64,000 nt of DNA from the human T2T-CHM13v2.0 reference genome, Homo sapiens (GCF_009914755.1 NC_060925.1), one strand, 5' to 3'; numbered from the stretch's first letter, positions 44,001 through 60,700 are shown. The notes: a model not told the origin generated them from the letters alone. Numbers and translations are program-made.

Positions 44001-45716
44001 AATCTGATGGAATCATTGAACAGAATTGAATGGAATCGTCATCGAATGAATTGAATGCAATCATCGAATGGTCTCGAATGGAATCATCTTCTAATGGAAA
44101 GGAATGGAATCATCGCATAGAATCGAATGGAATTAACATCGAATGGACTCGAATGGAATCAATATCAAACGGAATCAAGCGGAATTATCGAATGGAATCG
44201 AAGAGAATCATAGAATGGACTCGAATGGAATCATCTAATGGAATGGAATGGAATAATCCACGGACCCGAATGCAATCATCATCGAATGGAATCGAATGGA
44301 ATCATCGAATGGACTCGAATGGAATAATCATTGAACGGAATCGAATGGAATCATCATCGGATGGAAACGAATGGAATCATCATTGAATGGAAATGGAAGG
44401 AGTCATCATCTAATGGAATTGCATGGAATCATCATCAAATGGAATCGAATGGAATCAACATCAAATGGAATCAAATGGAATCATTGAACGGAATTGAATG
44501 GAATCGTCATCGAATGAATTGAATGCAATCATCGAATGGTCTCGAATGGAATCATCTTCAAATGGAATGGAATGGAATCATCGCATAGAATCGAATGGAA
44601 TTATCATCGAATGGAATCGAATGGTATCAACATCAAACGGAAAAAAAAGGAATTATCGAATGGAATCGAAGAGAATCATCGAACGGACCCGAATGGAATC
44701 ATCTAATGGAATGGAATGGAATAATCCATGTACTCGAATGCAATCATCATCGAATGGAATCGAATGGAATCATCGAATGGACTCGAATGGAATAATCATT
44801 GAACGGAATCGAATGGAATCATCATCGGATGGAAACGAATGGAATCATCATCGAATGGAAATGAAAGGAGTCATTATCTAATGGAATTGCATGGAATCAT
44901 CATCAAATGGAATCGAATGGAATCAACATCAAATGGATTCAAATGGAATCATTGAACGGAATTGAATGGAATCGTCATCGAATGAATTGAATGCAATCAT
45001 CGAATGGTCTCGAATGGAATCATCTTCAAATGGAATGGAATTGAATCATCGCATAGAATCGAATGGAATTATCATCGAATGGAATCGAATGGAATCAACA
45101 TCAAACGGAAAAAAACGGAATTATCGAATGGAATCGAAGAGAATCATCGAATGGACCCGAATGGAATCATCTAATGGAATGGAATGGAATAATCCACGGA
45201 CTCGAATGCAATCATCGTCGAATGGAATCGAATGGAATCATCGAATGGACTCGAATGGAATAATCATTGAACGGAATCGAATGGAATCATCATCGGATGG
45301 AAACGAATGGAATCATCATCGATTCGAAATGAAAGGAGTCATCATCTAATGGAATTGCATGGAATCATCATAAAATGGAATCGAATGGAATCAACATCAA
45401 ATGGAATCAAATGGAATCATTGAACGGAATTGAATGGAATCGTCATCGAATGAATTGAATGCAATCATCAAATGGTCTCGAATGGAATCATCTTCAAATG
45501 GAATGGAATGGAATCATCGGATAGAATCGAATGGAATTATCATCGAATGGAATCGAATGGTATCAACATCAAACGGAAAAAAACGGAATTTTCGAATGGA
45601 ATCGAAGAGAATCATCGAATGGACCCGAATGCAATCATCTAATGGAATGGAATGGAATAATCAATGGACTCGAATGCAATCATCATCGAATGGAATCGAA
45701 TGGAATCATCGAATGA

Positions 45717-48700
45717 ACTCGAATGGAATAATCATTGAACGGAATCGAATGGAATCATCATCGGATGGAAATGAATGGAATCATCATCGAATGGAATCGA
45801 ATAGAATTATGGAATGAAATCCAGTGTGATCATCATCGAATGGACCCGAATGGAATCATCATCCAACGGAAGCTAATGGAATCAACATTGAATGAATCGA
45901 ATGGAAACACCATCGAATTGAAACGAATGGAATTATCATGAAATTGAAATGGATGGACTCATCATCGAATGGATTCGAATGGAATCATCGAATAAAATTG
46001 ATTGAAATCATCATCAAATGGAATCGAATGGTATCATTGAATGGAATCGAATGGAATCATCATCAGATGGAAATGAATGGAATCGTCATAGAATGGAATC
46101 GAATGGATTCATTGAATGGAATCAGATGGAATCATCGAATGGACTGGAATGGAATCATTGAATGGACTCGAAAGGGATCATTATTGAACGGAATTGAATG
46201 GAATCATCGAATGGTCTCGATTGGAATCATTATCAAATGGAATCGAATGGAATCACCGAATAGAATCGAATGGAACAATCATCGAATGGACTCAAATGGA
46301 ATTATCCTCAAATGGAATGGAATGGAATTATCGAATGCAATCGAATGGAATTATCGAATGCAATCGAATGGAATTATCGAATGCAATCGAATAGAATCAT
46401 CGAATGGACTCGAATGGAATCATCGAATGGAATGGAATGGAACAGTCAATGAACTCGAATGGAATCATCATTGAATGGAATCGAAAGGAATCATCGAGTG
46501 GAATCGAATGGAATTATGATCAAATGGAATCGAATGTAATCATCATCAAATGGAATCAAAAATAACCATCATCAATTGGTATTGAATGGAATTGTCATCA
46601 AATGGAATTCAAAGGAAACATCATAAAATGGAACCGAATGGAATCCTCATTGAATGGAAATGAAAGGGGTCATCATCTAATGGAATCACATGGAATCATC
46701 ATCAAATGGAATCGAATGGAATCATCATCAAATGGAATCTGATGGAATCATTGAACAGAATTGCATGGAATCGTCATCGAATGAATTGAATGCAATCATC
46801 GAATGGTCTCGAATGGAATCATCTTCTAATGGAAAGGAATGGAATCATCGCATAGAATCGAATGGAATTAACATCGAATGGACTCGAATGGAATCAATAT
46901 CAAACGGAATCAAGCGGAATTATCGAATGGAATCGAAGAGAATCATAGAATGGACTCGAATGGAATCATCTAATGGAATGGAATGGAATAATCCACGGAC
47001 CCGAATGCAATCATCATCGAATGGAAACGAATGGAATCATCGAATGGACTCGAATGGAATAATCATTGAACGGAATCGAATGGAATCATCATCGGATGGA
47101 AATGAATGGAATCATCATCGAATGGAATCGAATAGAATTATGGAATGAAATCCACTGTGATCATCATCGAATGGACCCGAATGGAATCATCATCCAACGG
47201 AAGCTAATGGAATCAACATCGAATGGATCCAATGGAAACACCATCGAATTGAAACGAATGGAATTACCATGAAATTGAAATGGATGGACTCATCATCGAA
47301 TGGATTCGAATGGAAACATCGAATAAAATTGATTGAAATCATCATCGAATGGAATCGAATGGTATCATTGAATGGAATCGAATGGAATCATTATCAGATG
47401 GAAATGAATGGAATCGTCATAGAATGGAATCGAATGGATTCATTGAATGGAATCAGATGGAATCATCGAATGTACTGGAATGGAATCATTGAATGGACTC
47501 GAAAGGGATCATGATTGAATGGAATTGAATGGAATCATCGAATGGTCTCGATTGGAATCATTATCAAATGGAATCGAATGGAATCACCGAATAGAATCGA
47601 ATGGAACAATCATCGAATGGACTCAAATGGAATTATCCTCAAATGGAATCGAATGGAATTATCGAATGCAATCGAATGGAATTATCGAATGCAATCGAAT
47701 AGAGTCATCGAATGGACTCGAATGGAATCATCGAATGGAATGGAATGGAACAGTCAATGAACTCGAATGGAATCATCATTGAATGGAATCGAATGGAATC
47801 ATCGAGTGGAATCGAATGGAATTATGATCAAATGGAATCGAATGTAATCATCATCAAATGGAATCAAAAATAATCATCATCAATTGGTATTGAATGGAAT
47901 TGTCATCAAATGGAATTCAATGGAAACATCATCAAATGGAACCGAATGGAGTCCTCATTGAATGGAAATGAAAGGGGTCATCATCTAATGGAATCGCATG
48001 GAATCATCATCAAATGGAATCGAATGGAATCAACATCAAATGGAATCTGATGGAATCATTGAACAGAATTGAATGGAATCGTCATCGAATGAATTGAATG
48101 CAATCATCGAATGGTCTCGAATGGAATCATCTTCTAATGGAAAGGAATGGAATCATCGCACAGAATCGAATGGAATTATCATCGAATGGAATCGAATGGT
48201 ATCAACACCAAACGGAAAAAAACGGAATTATCGAATGGAATCAAAGAGAATCTTCGAACGGACCCGAATGGAATCATCTAATGGAATGGAATGGAATAAT
48301 CCATGGACTGGAAGGCAATCATCATCGAATGGAATCGAATGGAATCATCGAATGGACTCGAATGGAATAATCATTGAACGGAATCGAATGGAATCATCAT
48401 CGGATGGAAACGAATGGAATCATCATCGAATGGAAATGAAAGGAGTCATCATCTAATGGAATTGCATGGAATCATCATAAAATGGAATCGAATGGAATCA
48501 ACATCAAATGGAATCAAATGGAATCATTGAACGGAATTGAATGGAATCATCATCGAATGAATTGAATGCAATCATCGAATGGTCTCGAATGGAATCATCT
48601 TCAAATGGAATGGAATGGAATCATCGCATAGAATCGAATGGAATTATCATCGAATGGAATCGAATGGAATCAACATCAAACGGAAAAAAACGGAATTATC

Positions 48701-51700
48701 GAATGGAATCGAAGAGAATCATCGAATGGACCCGAATGGAATCATCTAATGGAATGGAATGGAATAATCCATGGACTCGAATGCAATCATCATCGAATGG
48801 AATCGAATGGAATCATCGAATGGACTCGAATGGAATAATCATTGAACGGAATCGAATGGAATCATCATCGGATGGAAACGAATGGAATCATCATCGAATG
48901 GAAATGAAAGGAGTCATCATGCAATGGAATTGCATGGAATCATCATAAAATGGAATCGAATGGAATCAACATCAAATAGAATCAAATGGAATCATTGAAC
49001 GGAATTGAATGGAATCGTCATCGAATGAATTGAATGCAATCATCGAATGGTCTCGAATGGAATCATCTTCAAATGGAATGGAATGGAATCATCGCATAGA
49101 ATCGAATGGAATTATCATCGAATGGAATCGAATGGAATCAACATCAAACAGAAAAAAACGGAATTATCGAATGGAATCGAAGAGAATCATCGAACGGACC
49201 CGAATGGAATCATCTAATGGAATGGAATGGAATAATCCATGGACTCGAATGCAATCATCATCGAATGGAATCGAATGGAATCATCGAATGGACTCGAATG
49301 GAATAATCATTGAACGGAATCGAATGGAATCATCATCGGATGGAAACGAATGGAATCATCATCGAATGGAAATGAAAGGAGTCATCATCTAATGGAATTG
49401 CATGGAATCATCATAAAATGGAATCGAATGGAATCAACATCAAATGGAATCAAATGGAATCATTGAACGGAATTGAATGGAATCGTCATCGAATGAATTG
49501 AATGCAATCATCGAATGGTCTCGAATGGAATCATCTTCAAATGGAATGGAATGGAATCATCGCATAGAATCGAATGGAATTATCATCGAATGGAATCGAA
49601 TGGAATCAACATCAAACGGAAAAAAACGGAATTATCGAATGGAATCGAAGAGAATCATCGAATGGACCCGAATGGAATCATCTAATGGAATGGAATGGAA
49701 TAATCCATGGACTCGAATGCAATCATCATCGAATGGAATCGAATGGAATCATCGAATGGACTCGAATGGAATAATCATTGAACGGAATCGAATGGAATCA
49801 TCATCGGATGGAAATGAATGCAATCATCATCGAATGGAATCGAATAGAATTATGGAATGAAATCCAGTGTGATCATCATCGAATGGACCCGAATGGAATC
49901 ATCATCCAACGGAAGCTAATGGAATCAACATCGAATGAATCGAATGGAAACACCATCGAATTGAAACGAATGGAGTTACCATGAAATTGAAATGGATGGA
50001 CTCATCATCGAATGGATTCGAATGGAATCATCGAATAAAATTGATTGAAATCATCATCGAATGGAATCGAATGGTATCATTGAATGGAATCGAATGGAAT
50101 CATCATCAGATGGAAATGAATGGAATCGTCATAGAATGGAATCGAATGGATTCATTGAATGGAATCAGATGGAATCATCGAATGGACTGGAATGGAATCA
50201 TTGAATGGACTCGAAAGGGATCATTATTGAATGGAATTGAATGGAATCATCGAATGGTCTCGATTGGAATCATTATCAAATGGAATCGAATGGAATCACC
50301 GAATAGAATCGAATGGAACAATCATCGAATGGACTCAAATGGAATTATCCTCCATTGGAATCGAATGGAATTATCGAATGCAATCGAATGGAATTATCGA
50401 ATGCAATCGAATAGAATCATCGAATGGACTCGAATGGAATCATCGAATGGAATGGAATGGAACAGTCAATGAACTCGAATGGAATCATCATTGAATGGAA
50501 TCGAATGGAATCATCGAGTGGAATCGAATGGAATTATGATCAAATGGAATCGAATGTAATCATCATCAAATGGAATCAAAAATAACCATCATCAATTGGT
50601 ATTGAATGGAATTGTCATCAAATGGAATTCAAAGGAATCATCATCAAATGGAACCGAATGGAATCCTCATTGAATGGAAATGAAAGGGGTCATCATCTAA
50701 TGGAATCGCATGGAATCATCATCAAATGGAATCGAATGGAATCATCATCAAATGGAATCTGATGGAATCATTGAAAAGAATTGAATGGAATCGTCATCGA
50801 ATGAATTGAATGCAATCATCGAATGGTCTCGAATGGAATCATCTTCTAATGGAAAGGAATGGAATCATCGCATAGAATCGAATGGAATTATCATCGAATG
50901 GAATCGAATGGTATCAACACCAAACGGAAAAAAACGGAATTTTCGAATGGAATCGAAGAGAATCTCCGAACGGACCCGAATGGAATCATCTAATGGAATG
51001 GAATGGAATAATCCATGGACTCGAATGCAATCATCATCGAATGGAATCGAATGGAATCATCGAATGGACTCGAATGGAATAATCATTGAGCGGAATCGAA
51101 TGGAATCATCATCGGATGGAAACGAATGGAATCATCATCGAATGGAAATGAAAGGAGTCATCATCTAATGGAATTGCATGGAATCATCATAAAATGGAAT
51201 CGAATGGAATCAACATCAAATGGAATCAAATGGAATCATTGAACGGAATTGAATGGAATCGTCATCGAATGAATTGAATGCAATCATCGAATGGTCTCGA
51301 ATGGAATCATCTTCAAATGGAATGGAATGGAATCATCGCATAGAATCGAATGGAATTATCATCGAATGGAATCGAATGGAATCAACATCAAACGGAAAAA
51401 AACGGAATTATCGAATGGAATCGAAGAGAATCATCGAATGGACCCGAATGGAATCATCTAATGGAATGGAATGGAATAATCCATGGACTCGAATGCAATC
51501 ATCATCGAATGGAATCGAATGGAATCATCGAATGGACTCGAATGGAATAATCATTGAACGGAATCGAATGGAATCATCATCGGATGGAAATGAATGCAAT
51601 CATCATCGAATGGAATCGAATAGAATTATGGAATGAAATCCAGTGTGATCATCATCGAATGGACCCGAATGGAATCATCATCCAACGGAAGCTAATGGAA

Positions 51701-54700
51701 TCAACATCGAATGAATCGAATGGAAACACCATCGAATTGAAACGAATGGAGTTACCATGAAATTGAAATGGATGGACTCATCATCGAATGGATTCGAATG
51801 GAATCATCGAATAAAATTGATTGAAATCATCATCGAATGGAATCGAATGGTATCATTGAATGGAATCGAATGGAATCATCATCAGATGGAAGTGAATGGA
51901 ATCGTCATAGAATGGAATCGAATGGATTCATTGAATGGAATCAGATGGAATCATCGAATGGACTGGAATGGAATCATTGAATGGACTCGAAAGGGATCAT
52001 TATTGAATGGAATTGAATGGAATCATCGAATGGTCTCGATTGGAATCATTATCAAATGGAATCGAATGGAATCACCGAATAGAATCGAATGGAACAATCA
52101 TCGAATGGACTCAAATGGAATTATCCTCAAATGGAATCGAATGGAATTATCGAATGCAATCGAATGGAATTATCGAATGCAATCGAATAGAATCATCGAA
52201 TGGACTCGAATGGAATCATCGAATGGAATGGAATGGAATAGTCAATGAACTCGAATGGAATCATCATTGAATGGAATCGAATGGAATCATCGAGTGGAAT
52301 CGAATGGAATTATGATCAAATGGAATCGAATGTAATCATCATCAAATGGAATCAAAAAAAACCATCATCAATTGGTATTGAATGGAATTGTCATCAAATG
52401 GAATTCAAAGGAATTATCATCAAATGGAACCGAATGGAATCCTCATTGAATGAAAATGAAAGGGGTCATCATCTAATGGAATCGCATGGAATCATCATCA
52501 AATGGAATCGAATGGAATCATCATCAAATGGAATCTAATGGAATCATTGAAAAGAATTGAATGGAATCGTCATCTAATGAATTGAATGCAATCATCGAAT
52601 GGTCTCGAATGGAATCATCTTCTAATGGAAAGGAATGGAATCATCGCATAGAATCGAATGGAATTATCATCGAATGGAATCGAATGGTATCAACACCAAA
52701 CGGAAAAAAACGGAATTTTCGAATGGAATCGAAGAGAATCTCCGAACGGACCCGAATGGAATCATCTAATGGAATGGAATGGAATAATCCATGGACTCGA
52801 ATGCAATCATCATCGAATGGAATCGAATGGAATCATCGAATGGACTCGAATGGAATAATCATTGAACGGAATCGAATGGAATCATCATCGGATGGAAACG
52901 AATGGAATCATCATCGAATGGAAATGAAAGGAGTCATCATCTAATGGAATTTCATGGAATCATCATAAAATGGAATCGAATGGAATCAACATCAAATAGA
53001 ATCAAATGGAATCATTGAACGGAATTGAATGGAATCGTCGTCGAATGAATTGAATGCAATCATCGAATGGTCTCGAATGGAATCACCTTCAAATGGAATG
53101 GAATGGAATCATCGCATAGAATCGAATGGAATTATCATCGAATGGAATCGAATGGAATCAACATCAAACGGAAAAAAACGGAATTATCGAATGGAATCGA
53201 AGAGAATCATCGAACGGACCCGAATGGAATCATCTAATGGAATGGAATGGAATAATCCTTGGACTCGAATGCAATCATCATCGAATGGAATCGAATGGAA
53301 TCATCGAATGGACTCGAATGGAATAATCATTGAACGGAATCGAATGGAATCATCATCGGATGGAAACGAATGGAATCATCATCGAATGGAAATGAAAGGA
53401 GTCATCATCTAATGGAATTGCATGGAATCATCATAAAATGGAATCGAATGGAATCAACATCAAATGGAATCAAATGGAATCATTGAACGGAATTGAATGG
53501 AATCGTCATCGAATGAATTGAATGCAATCATCGAATGGTCTCGAATGGAATCATCTTCAAATGGAATGGAATGGAATTATCGAATGCAATCGAATGGAAT
53601 TATCGAATGCAATCGAATGGAATTATCGAATGCAATCGAATAGAATCATCAAATGGACTCGAATGGAATCATCGAATGGAATGGAATGGAACAGTCAATG
53701 AACTCGAATGGAATCATCATTGAATGGAATCGAAAGGAATCATCGAGTGGAATCGAATGGAATTATGATCAAATGGAATCGAATGTAATCATCATCAAAT
53801 GGAATCAAAAATAACCATCATCAATTGGTATTGAATGGAATTGTCATCAAATGGAATTCAAAGGAAACATCATAAAATGGAACCGAATGGAATCCTCATT
53901 GAATGGAAATGAAAGGCGTCATCATCTAATGGAATCGCATGGAATCATCATCAAATGGAATCGAATGGAATCATCATCAAATGGAATATGATGGAATCAT
54001 TGAACAGAATTGTATGGAATCGTCATCGAATGAATTGAATGCAATCATCGAATGGTCTTGAATGGAATCATCATCTAATGGAAAGGAATGGAATCATCGC
54101 ATAGAATCGAATGCAATTATCATCGAATGGAATCGAATGGAATCAACATCAAACGGAAAAAAACGGAATTATCGAATGGAATCGAAGAGAATCATCGAAT
54201 GGACCCGAATGGAATCATCTAATGGAATGGAATGGAATAATCCATGGACTCGAATGCAATCATCATCGAATGGAATCCAATGGAATCATCGAATGTACTC
54301 GAATGGAATAATCATTGAACGGAATCGAATGGAATCATCATCGGATGGAAATGAATGGAATCATCATCGAATGGAATCGAATAGAATTATGGAATGAAAT
54401 CCAGTGTGATCATCATCGAATGGACCCGAATGGAATCATCATCCAACGGAAGCTAATGGAATCAACATTGAATGAATCGAATGGAAACACCATCGAATTG
54501 AAACGAATGGAATTATCATGAAATTGAAATGGATGGACTCATCATCGAATGGATTCGAATGGAATCATCGAATAAAATTGATTGAAATCATCATCAAATG
54601 GAATCGAATGGTATCATTGAATGGAATCGAATGGAATCATCATCAGATGGAAATGAATGGAATCGTCATAGAATGGAATCGAATGGATTCATTGAATGGA

Positions 54701-57700
54701 ATCAGATGGAATCATCGAATGGACTGGAATGGAATCATTGAATGGACTCGAAAGGGATCATTATTGAACGGAATTGAATGGAATCATCGAATGGTCTCGA
54801 TTGGAATCATTATCAAATGGAATCGAATGGAATCACCGAATAGAATCGAATGGAACAATCATCGAATGGACTCAAATGGAATTATCCTCAAATGGAATGG
54901 AATGGAATTATCGAATGCAATCGAATGGAATTATCGAGTGCAATCGAATGGAATTATCGAATGCAATCGAATAGAATCATCGAATGGACTCGAATGGAAT
55001 CATCGAATGGAATGGAATGGAACAGTCAATGAACTCGAATGGAATCATCATTGAATGGAATCGAAAGGAATCATCGAGTGGAATCGAATGGAATTATGAT
55101 CAAATGGAATCGAATGTAATCATCATCAAATGGAATCAAAAATAACCATCATCAATTGGTATTGAATGGAATTGTCATCAAATGGAATTCAAAGGAAACA
55201 TCATAAAATGGAACCGAATGGAATCCTCATTGAATGGAAATGAAAGGGGTCATCATCTAATGGAATCACATGGAATCATCATCAAATGGAATCGAATGGA
55301 ATCATCATCAAATGGAATCTGATGGAATCATTGAACAGAATTGCATGGAATCGTCATCGAATGAATTGAATGCAATCATCGAATGGTCTCGAATGGAATC
55401 ATCTTCTAATGGAAAGGAATGGAATCATCGCATAGAATCGAATGGAATTAACATCGAATGGACTCGAATGGAATCAATATCAAACGGAATCAAGCGGAAT
55501 TATCGAATGGAATCGAAGAGAATCATAGAATGGACTCGAATGGAATCATCTAATGGAATGGAATGGAATAATCCACGGACCCGAATGCAATCATCATCGA
55601 ATGGAAACGAATGGAATCATCGAATGGACTCGAATGGAATAATCATTGAACGGAATCGAATGGAATCATCATCGGATGGAAATGAATGGAATCATCATCG
55701 AATGGAATCGAATAGAATTATGGAATGAAATCCACTGTGATCATCATCGAATGGACCCGAATGGAATCATCATCCAACGGAAGCTAATGGAATCAACATC
55801 GAATGGATCCAATGGAAACACCATCGAATTGAAACGAATGGAATTACCATGAAATTGAAATGGATGGACTCATCATCGAATGGATTCGAATGGAAACATC
55901 GAATAAAATTGATTGAAATCATCATCGAATGGAATCGAATGGTATCATTGAATGGAATCGAATGGAATCATTATCAGATGGAAATGAATGGAATCGTCAT
56001 AGAATGGAATCGAATGGATTCATTGAATGGAATCAGATGGAATCATCGAATGTACTGGAATGGAATCATTGAATGGACTCGAAAGGGATCATGATTGAAT
56101 GGAATTGAATGGAATCATCGAATGGTCTCGATTGGAATCATTATCAAATGGAATCGAATGGAATCACCGAATAGAATCGAATGGAACAATCATCGAATGG
56201 ACTCAAATGGAATTATCCTCAAATGGAATCGAATGGAATTATCGAATGCAATCGAATGGAATTATCGAATGCAATCGAATAGAGTCATCGAATGGACTCG
56301 AATGGAATCATCGAATGGAATGGAATGGAACAGTCAATGAACTCGAATGGAATCATCATTGAATGGAATCGAATGGAATCATCGAGTGGAATCGAATGGA
56401 ATTATGATCAAATGGAATCGAATGTAATCATCATCAAATGGAATCAAAAATAATCATCATCAATTGGTATTGAATGGAATTGTCATCAAATGGAATTCAA
56501 TGGAAACATCATCAAATGGAACCGAATGGAGTCCTCATTGAATGGAAATGAAAGGGGTCATCATCTAATGGAATCGCATGGAATCATCATCAAATGGAAT
56601 CGAATGGAATCAACATCAAATGGAATCTGATGGAATCATTGAACAGAATTGAATGGAATCGTCATCGAATGAATTGAATGCAATCATCGAATGGTCTCGA
56701 ATGGAATCATCTTCTAATGGAAAGGAATGGAATCATCGCACAGAATCGAATGGAATTATCATCGAATGGAATCGAATGGTATCAACACCAAACGGAAAAA
56801 AACGGAATTATCGAATGGAATCAAAGAGAATCTTCGAACGGACCCGAATGGAATCATCTAATGGAATGGAATGGAATAATCCATGGACTGGAAGGCAATC
56901 ATCATCGAATGGAATCGAATGGAATCATCGAATGGACTCGAATGGAATAATCATTGAACGGAATCGAATGGAATCATCATCGGATGGAAACGAATGGAAT
57001 CATCATCGAATGGAAATGAAAGGAGTCATCATCTAATGGAATTGCATGGAATCATCATAAAATGGAATCGAATGGAATCAACATCAAATGGAATCAAATG
57101 GAATCATTGAACGGAATTGAATGGAATCATCATCGAATGAATTGAATGCAATCATCGAATGGTCTCGAATGGAATCATCTTCAAATGGAATGGAATGGAA
57201 TCATCGCATAGAATCGAATGGAATTATCATCGAATGGAATCGAATGGAATCAACATCAAACGGAAAAAAACGGAATTATCGAATGGAATCGAAGAGAATC
57301 ATCGAATGGACCCGAATGGAATCATCTAATGGAATGGAATGGAATAATCCATGGACTCGAATGCAATCATCATCGAATGGAATCGAATGGAATCATCGAA
57401 TGGACTCGAATGGAATAATCATTGAACGGAATCGAATGGAATCATCATCGGATGGAAACGAATGGAATCATCATCGAATGGAAATGAAAGGAGTCATCAT
57501 GCAATGGAATTGCATGGAATCATCATAAAATGGAATCGAATGGAATCAACATCAAATAGAATCAAATGGAATCATTGAACGGAATTGAATGGAATCGTCA
57601 TCGAATGAATTGAATGCAATCATCGAATGGTCTCGAATGGAATCATCTTCAAATGGAATGGAATGGAATCATCGCATAGAATCGAATGGAATTATCATCG

Positions 57701-60700
57701 AATGGAATCGAATGGAATCAACATCAAACAGAAAAAAACGGAATTATCGAATGGAATCGAAGAGAATCATCGAACGGACCCGAATGGAATCATCTAATGG
57801 AATGGAATGGAATAATCCATGGACTCGAATGCAATCATCATCGAATGGAATCGAATGGAATCATCGAATGGACTCGAATGGAATAATCATTGAACGGAAT
57901 CGAATGGAATCATCATCGGATGGAAACGAATGGAATCATCATCGAATGGAAATGAAAGGAGTCATCATCTAATGGAATTGCATGGAATCATCATAAAATG
58001 GAATCGAATGGAATCAACATCAAATGGAATCAAATGGAATCATTGAACGGAATTGAATGGAATCGTCATCGAATGAATTGAATGCAATCATCGAATGGTC
58101 TCGAATGGAATCATCTTCAAATGGAATGGAATGGAATCATCGCATAGAATCGAATGGAATTATCATCGAATGGAATCGAATGGAATCAACATCAAACGGA
58201 AAAAAACGGAATTATCGAATGGAATCGAAGAGAATCATCGAATGGACCCGAATGGAATCATCTAATGGAATGGAATGGAATAATCCATGGACTCGAATGC
58301 AATCATCATCGAATGGAATCGAATGGAATCATCGAATGGACTCGAATGGAATAATCATTGAACGGAATCGAATGGAATCATCATCGGATGGAAATGAATG
58401 CAATCATCATCGAATGGAATCGAATAGAATTATGGAATGAAATCCAGTGTGATCATCATCGAATGGACCCGAATGGAATCATCATCCAACGGAAGCTAAT
58501 GGAATCAACATCGAATGAATCGAATGGAAACACCATCGAATTGAAACGAATGGAGTTACCATGAAATTGAAATGGATGGACTCATCATCGAATGGATTCG
58601 AATGGAATCATCGAATAAAATTGATTGAAATCATCATCGAATGGAATCGAATGGTATCATTGAATGGAATCGAATGGAATCATCATCAGATGGAAATGAA
58701 TGGAATCGTCATAGAATGGAATCGAATGGATTCATTGAATGGAATCAGATGGAATCATCGAATGGACTGGAATGGAATCATTGAATGGACTCGAAAGGGA
58801 TCATTATTGAATGGAATTGAATGGAATCATCGAATGGTCTCGATTGGAATCATTATCAAATGGAATCGAATGGAATCACCGAATAGAATCGAATGGAACA
58901 ATCATCGAATGGACTCAAATGGAATTATCCTCCATTGGAATCGAATGGAATTATCGAATGCAATCGAATGGAATTATCGAATGCAATCGAATAGAATCAT
59001 CGAATGGACTCGAATGGAATCATCGAATGGAATGGAATGGAACAGTCAATGAACTCGAATGGAATCATCATTGAATGGAATCGAATGGAATCATCGAGTG
59101 GAATCGAATGGAATTATGATCAAATGGAATCGAATGTAATCATCATCAAATGGAATCAAAAATAACCATCATCAATTGGTATTGAATGGAATTGTCATCA
59201 AATGGAATTCAAAGGAATCATCATCAAATGGAACCGAATGGAATCCTCATTGAATGGAAATGAAAGGGGTCATCATCTAATGGAATCGCATGGAATCATC
59301 ATCAAATGGAATCGAATGGAATCATCATCAAATGGAATCTGATGGAATCATTGAAAAGAATTGAATGGAATCGTCATCGAATGAATTGAATGCAATCATC
59401 GAATGGTCTCGAATGGAATCATCTTCTAATGGAAAGGAATGGAATCATCGCATAGAATCGAATGGAATTATCATCGAATGGAATCGAATGGTATCAACAC
59501 CAAACGGAAAAAAACGGAATTTTCGAATGGAATCGAAGAGAATCTCCGAACGGACCCGAATGGAATCATCTAATGGAATGGAATGGAATAATCCATGGAC
59601 TCGAATGCAATCATCATCGAATGGAATCGAATGGAATCATCGAATGGACTCGAATGGAATAATCATTGAGCGGAATCGAATGGAATCATCATCGGATGGA
59701 AACGAATGGAATCATCATCGAATGGAAATGAAAGGAGTCATCATCTAATGGAATTGCATGGAATCATCATAAAATGGAATCGAATGGAATCAACATCAAA
59801 TGGAATCAAATGGAATCATTGAACGGAATTGAATGGAATCGTCATCGAATGAATTGAATGCAATCATCGAATGGTCTCGAATGGAATCATCTTCAAATGG
59901 AATGGAATGGAATCATCGCATAGAATCGAATGGAATTATCATCGAATGGAATCGAATGGAATCAACATCAAACGGAAAAAAACGGAATTATCGAATGGAA
60001 TCGAAGAGAATCATCGAATGGACCCGAATGGAATCATCTAATGGAATGGAATGGAATAATCCATGGACTCGAATGCAATCATCATCGAATGGAATCGAAT
60101 GGAATCATCGAATGGACTCGAATGGAATAATCATTGAACGGAATCGAATGGAATCATCATCGGATGGAAATGAATGCAATCATCATCGAATGGAATCGAA
60201 TAGAATTATGGAATGAAATCCAGTGTGATCATCATCGAATGGACCCGAATGGAATCATCATCCAACGGAAGCTAATGGAATCAACATCGAATGAATCGAA
60301 TGGAAACACCATCGAATTGAAACGAATGGAGTTACCATGAAATTGAAATGGATGGACTCATCATCGAATGGATTCGAATGGAATCATCGAATAAAATTGA
60401 TTGAAATCATCATCGAATGGAATCGAATGGTATCATTGAATGGAATCGAATGGAATCATCATCAGATGGAAGTGAATGGAATCGTCATAGAATGGAATCG
60501 AATGGATTCATTGAATGGAATCAGATGGAATCATCGAATGGACTGGAATGGAATCATTGAATGGACTCGAAAGGGATCATTATTGAATGGAATTGAATGG
60601 AATCATCGAATGGTCTCGATTGGAATCATTATCAAATGGAATCGAATGGAATCACCGAATAGAATCGAATGGAACAATCATCGAATGGACTCAAATGGAA

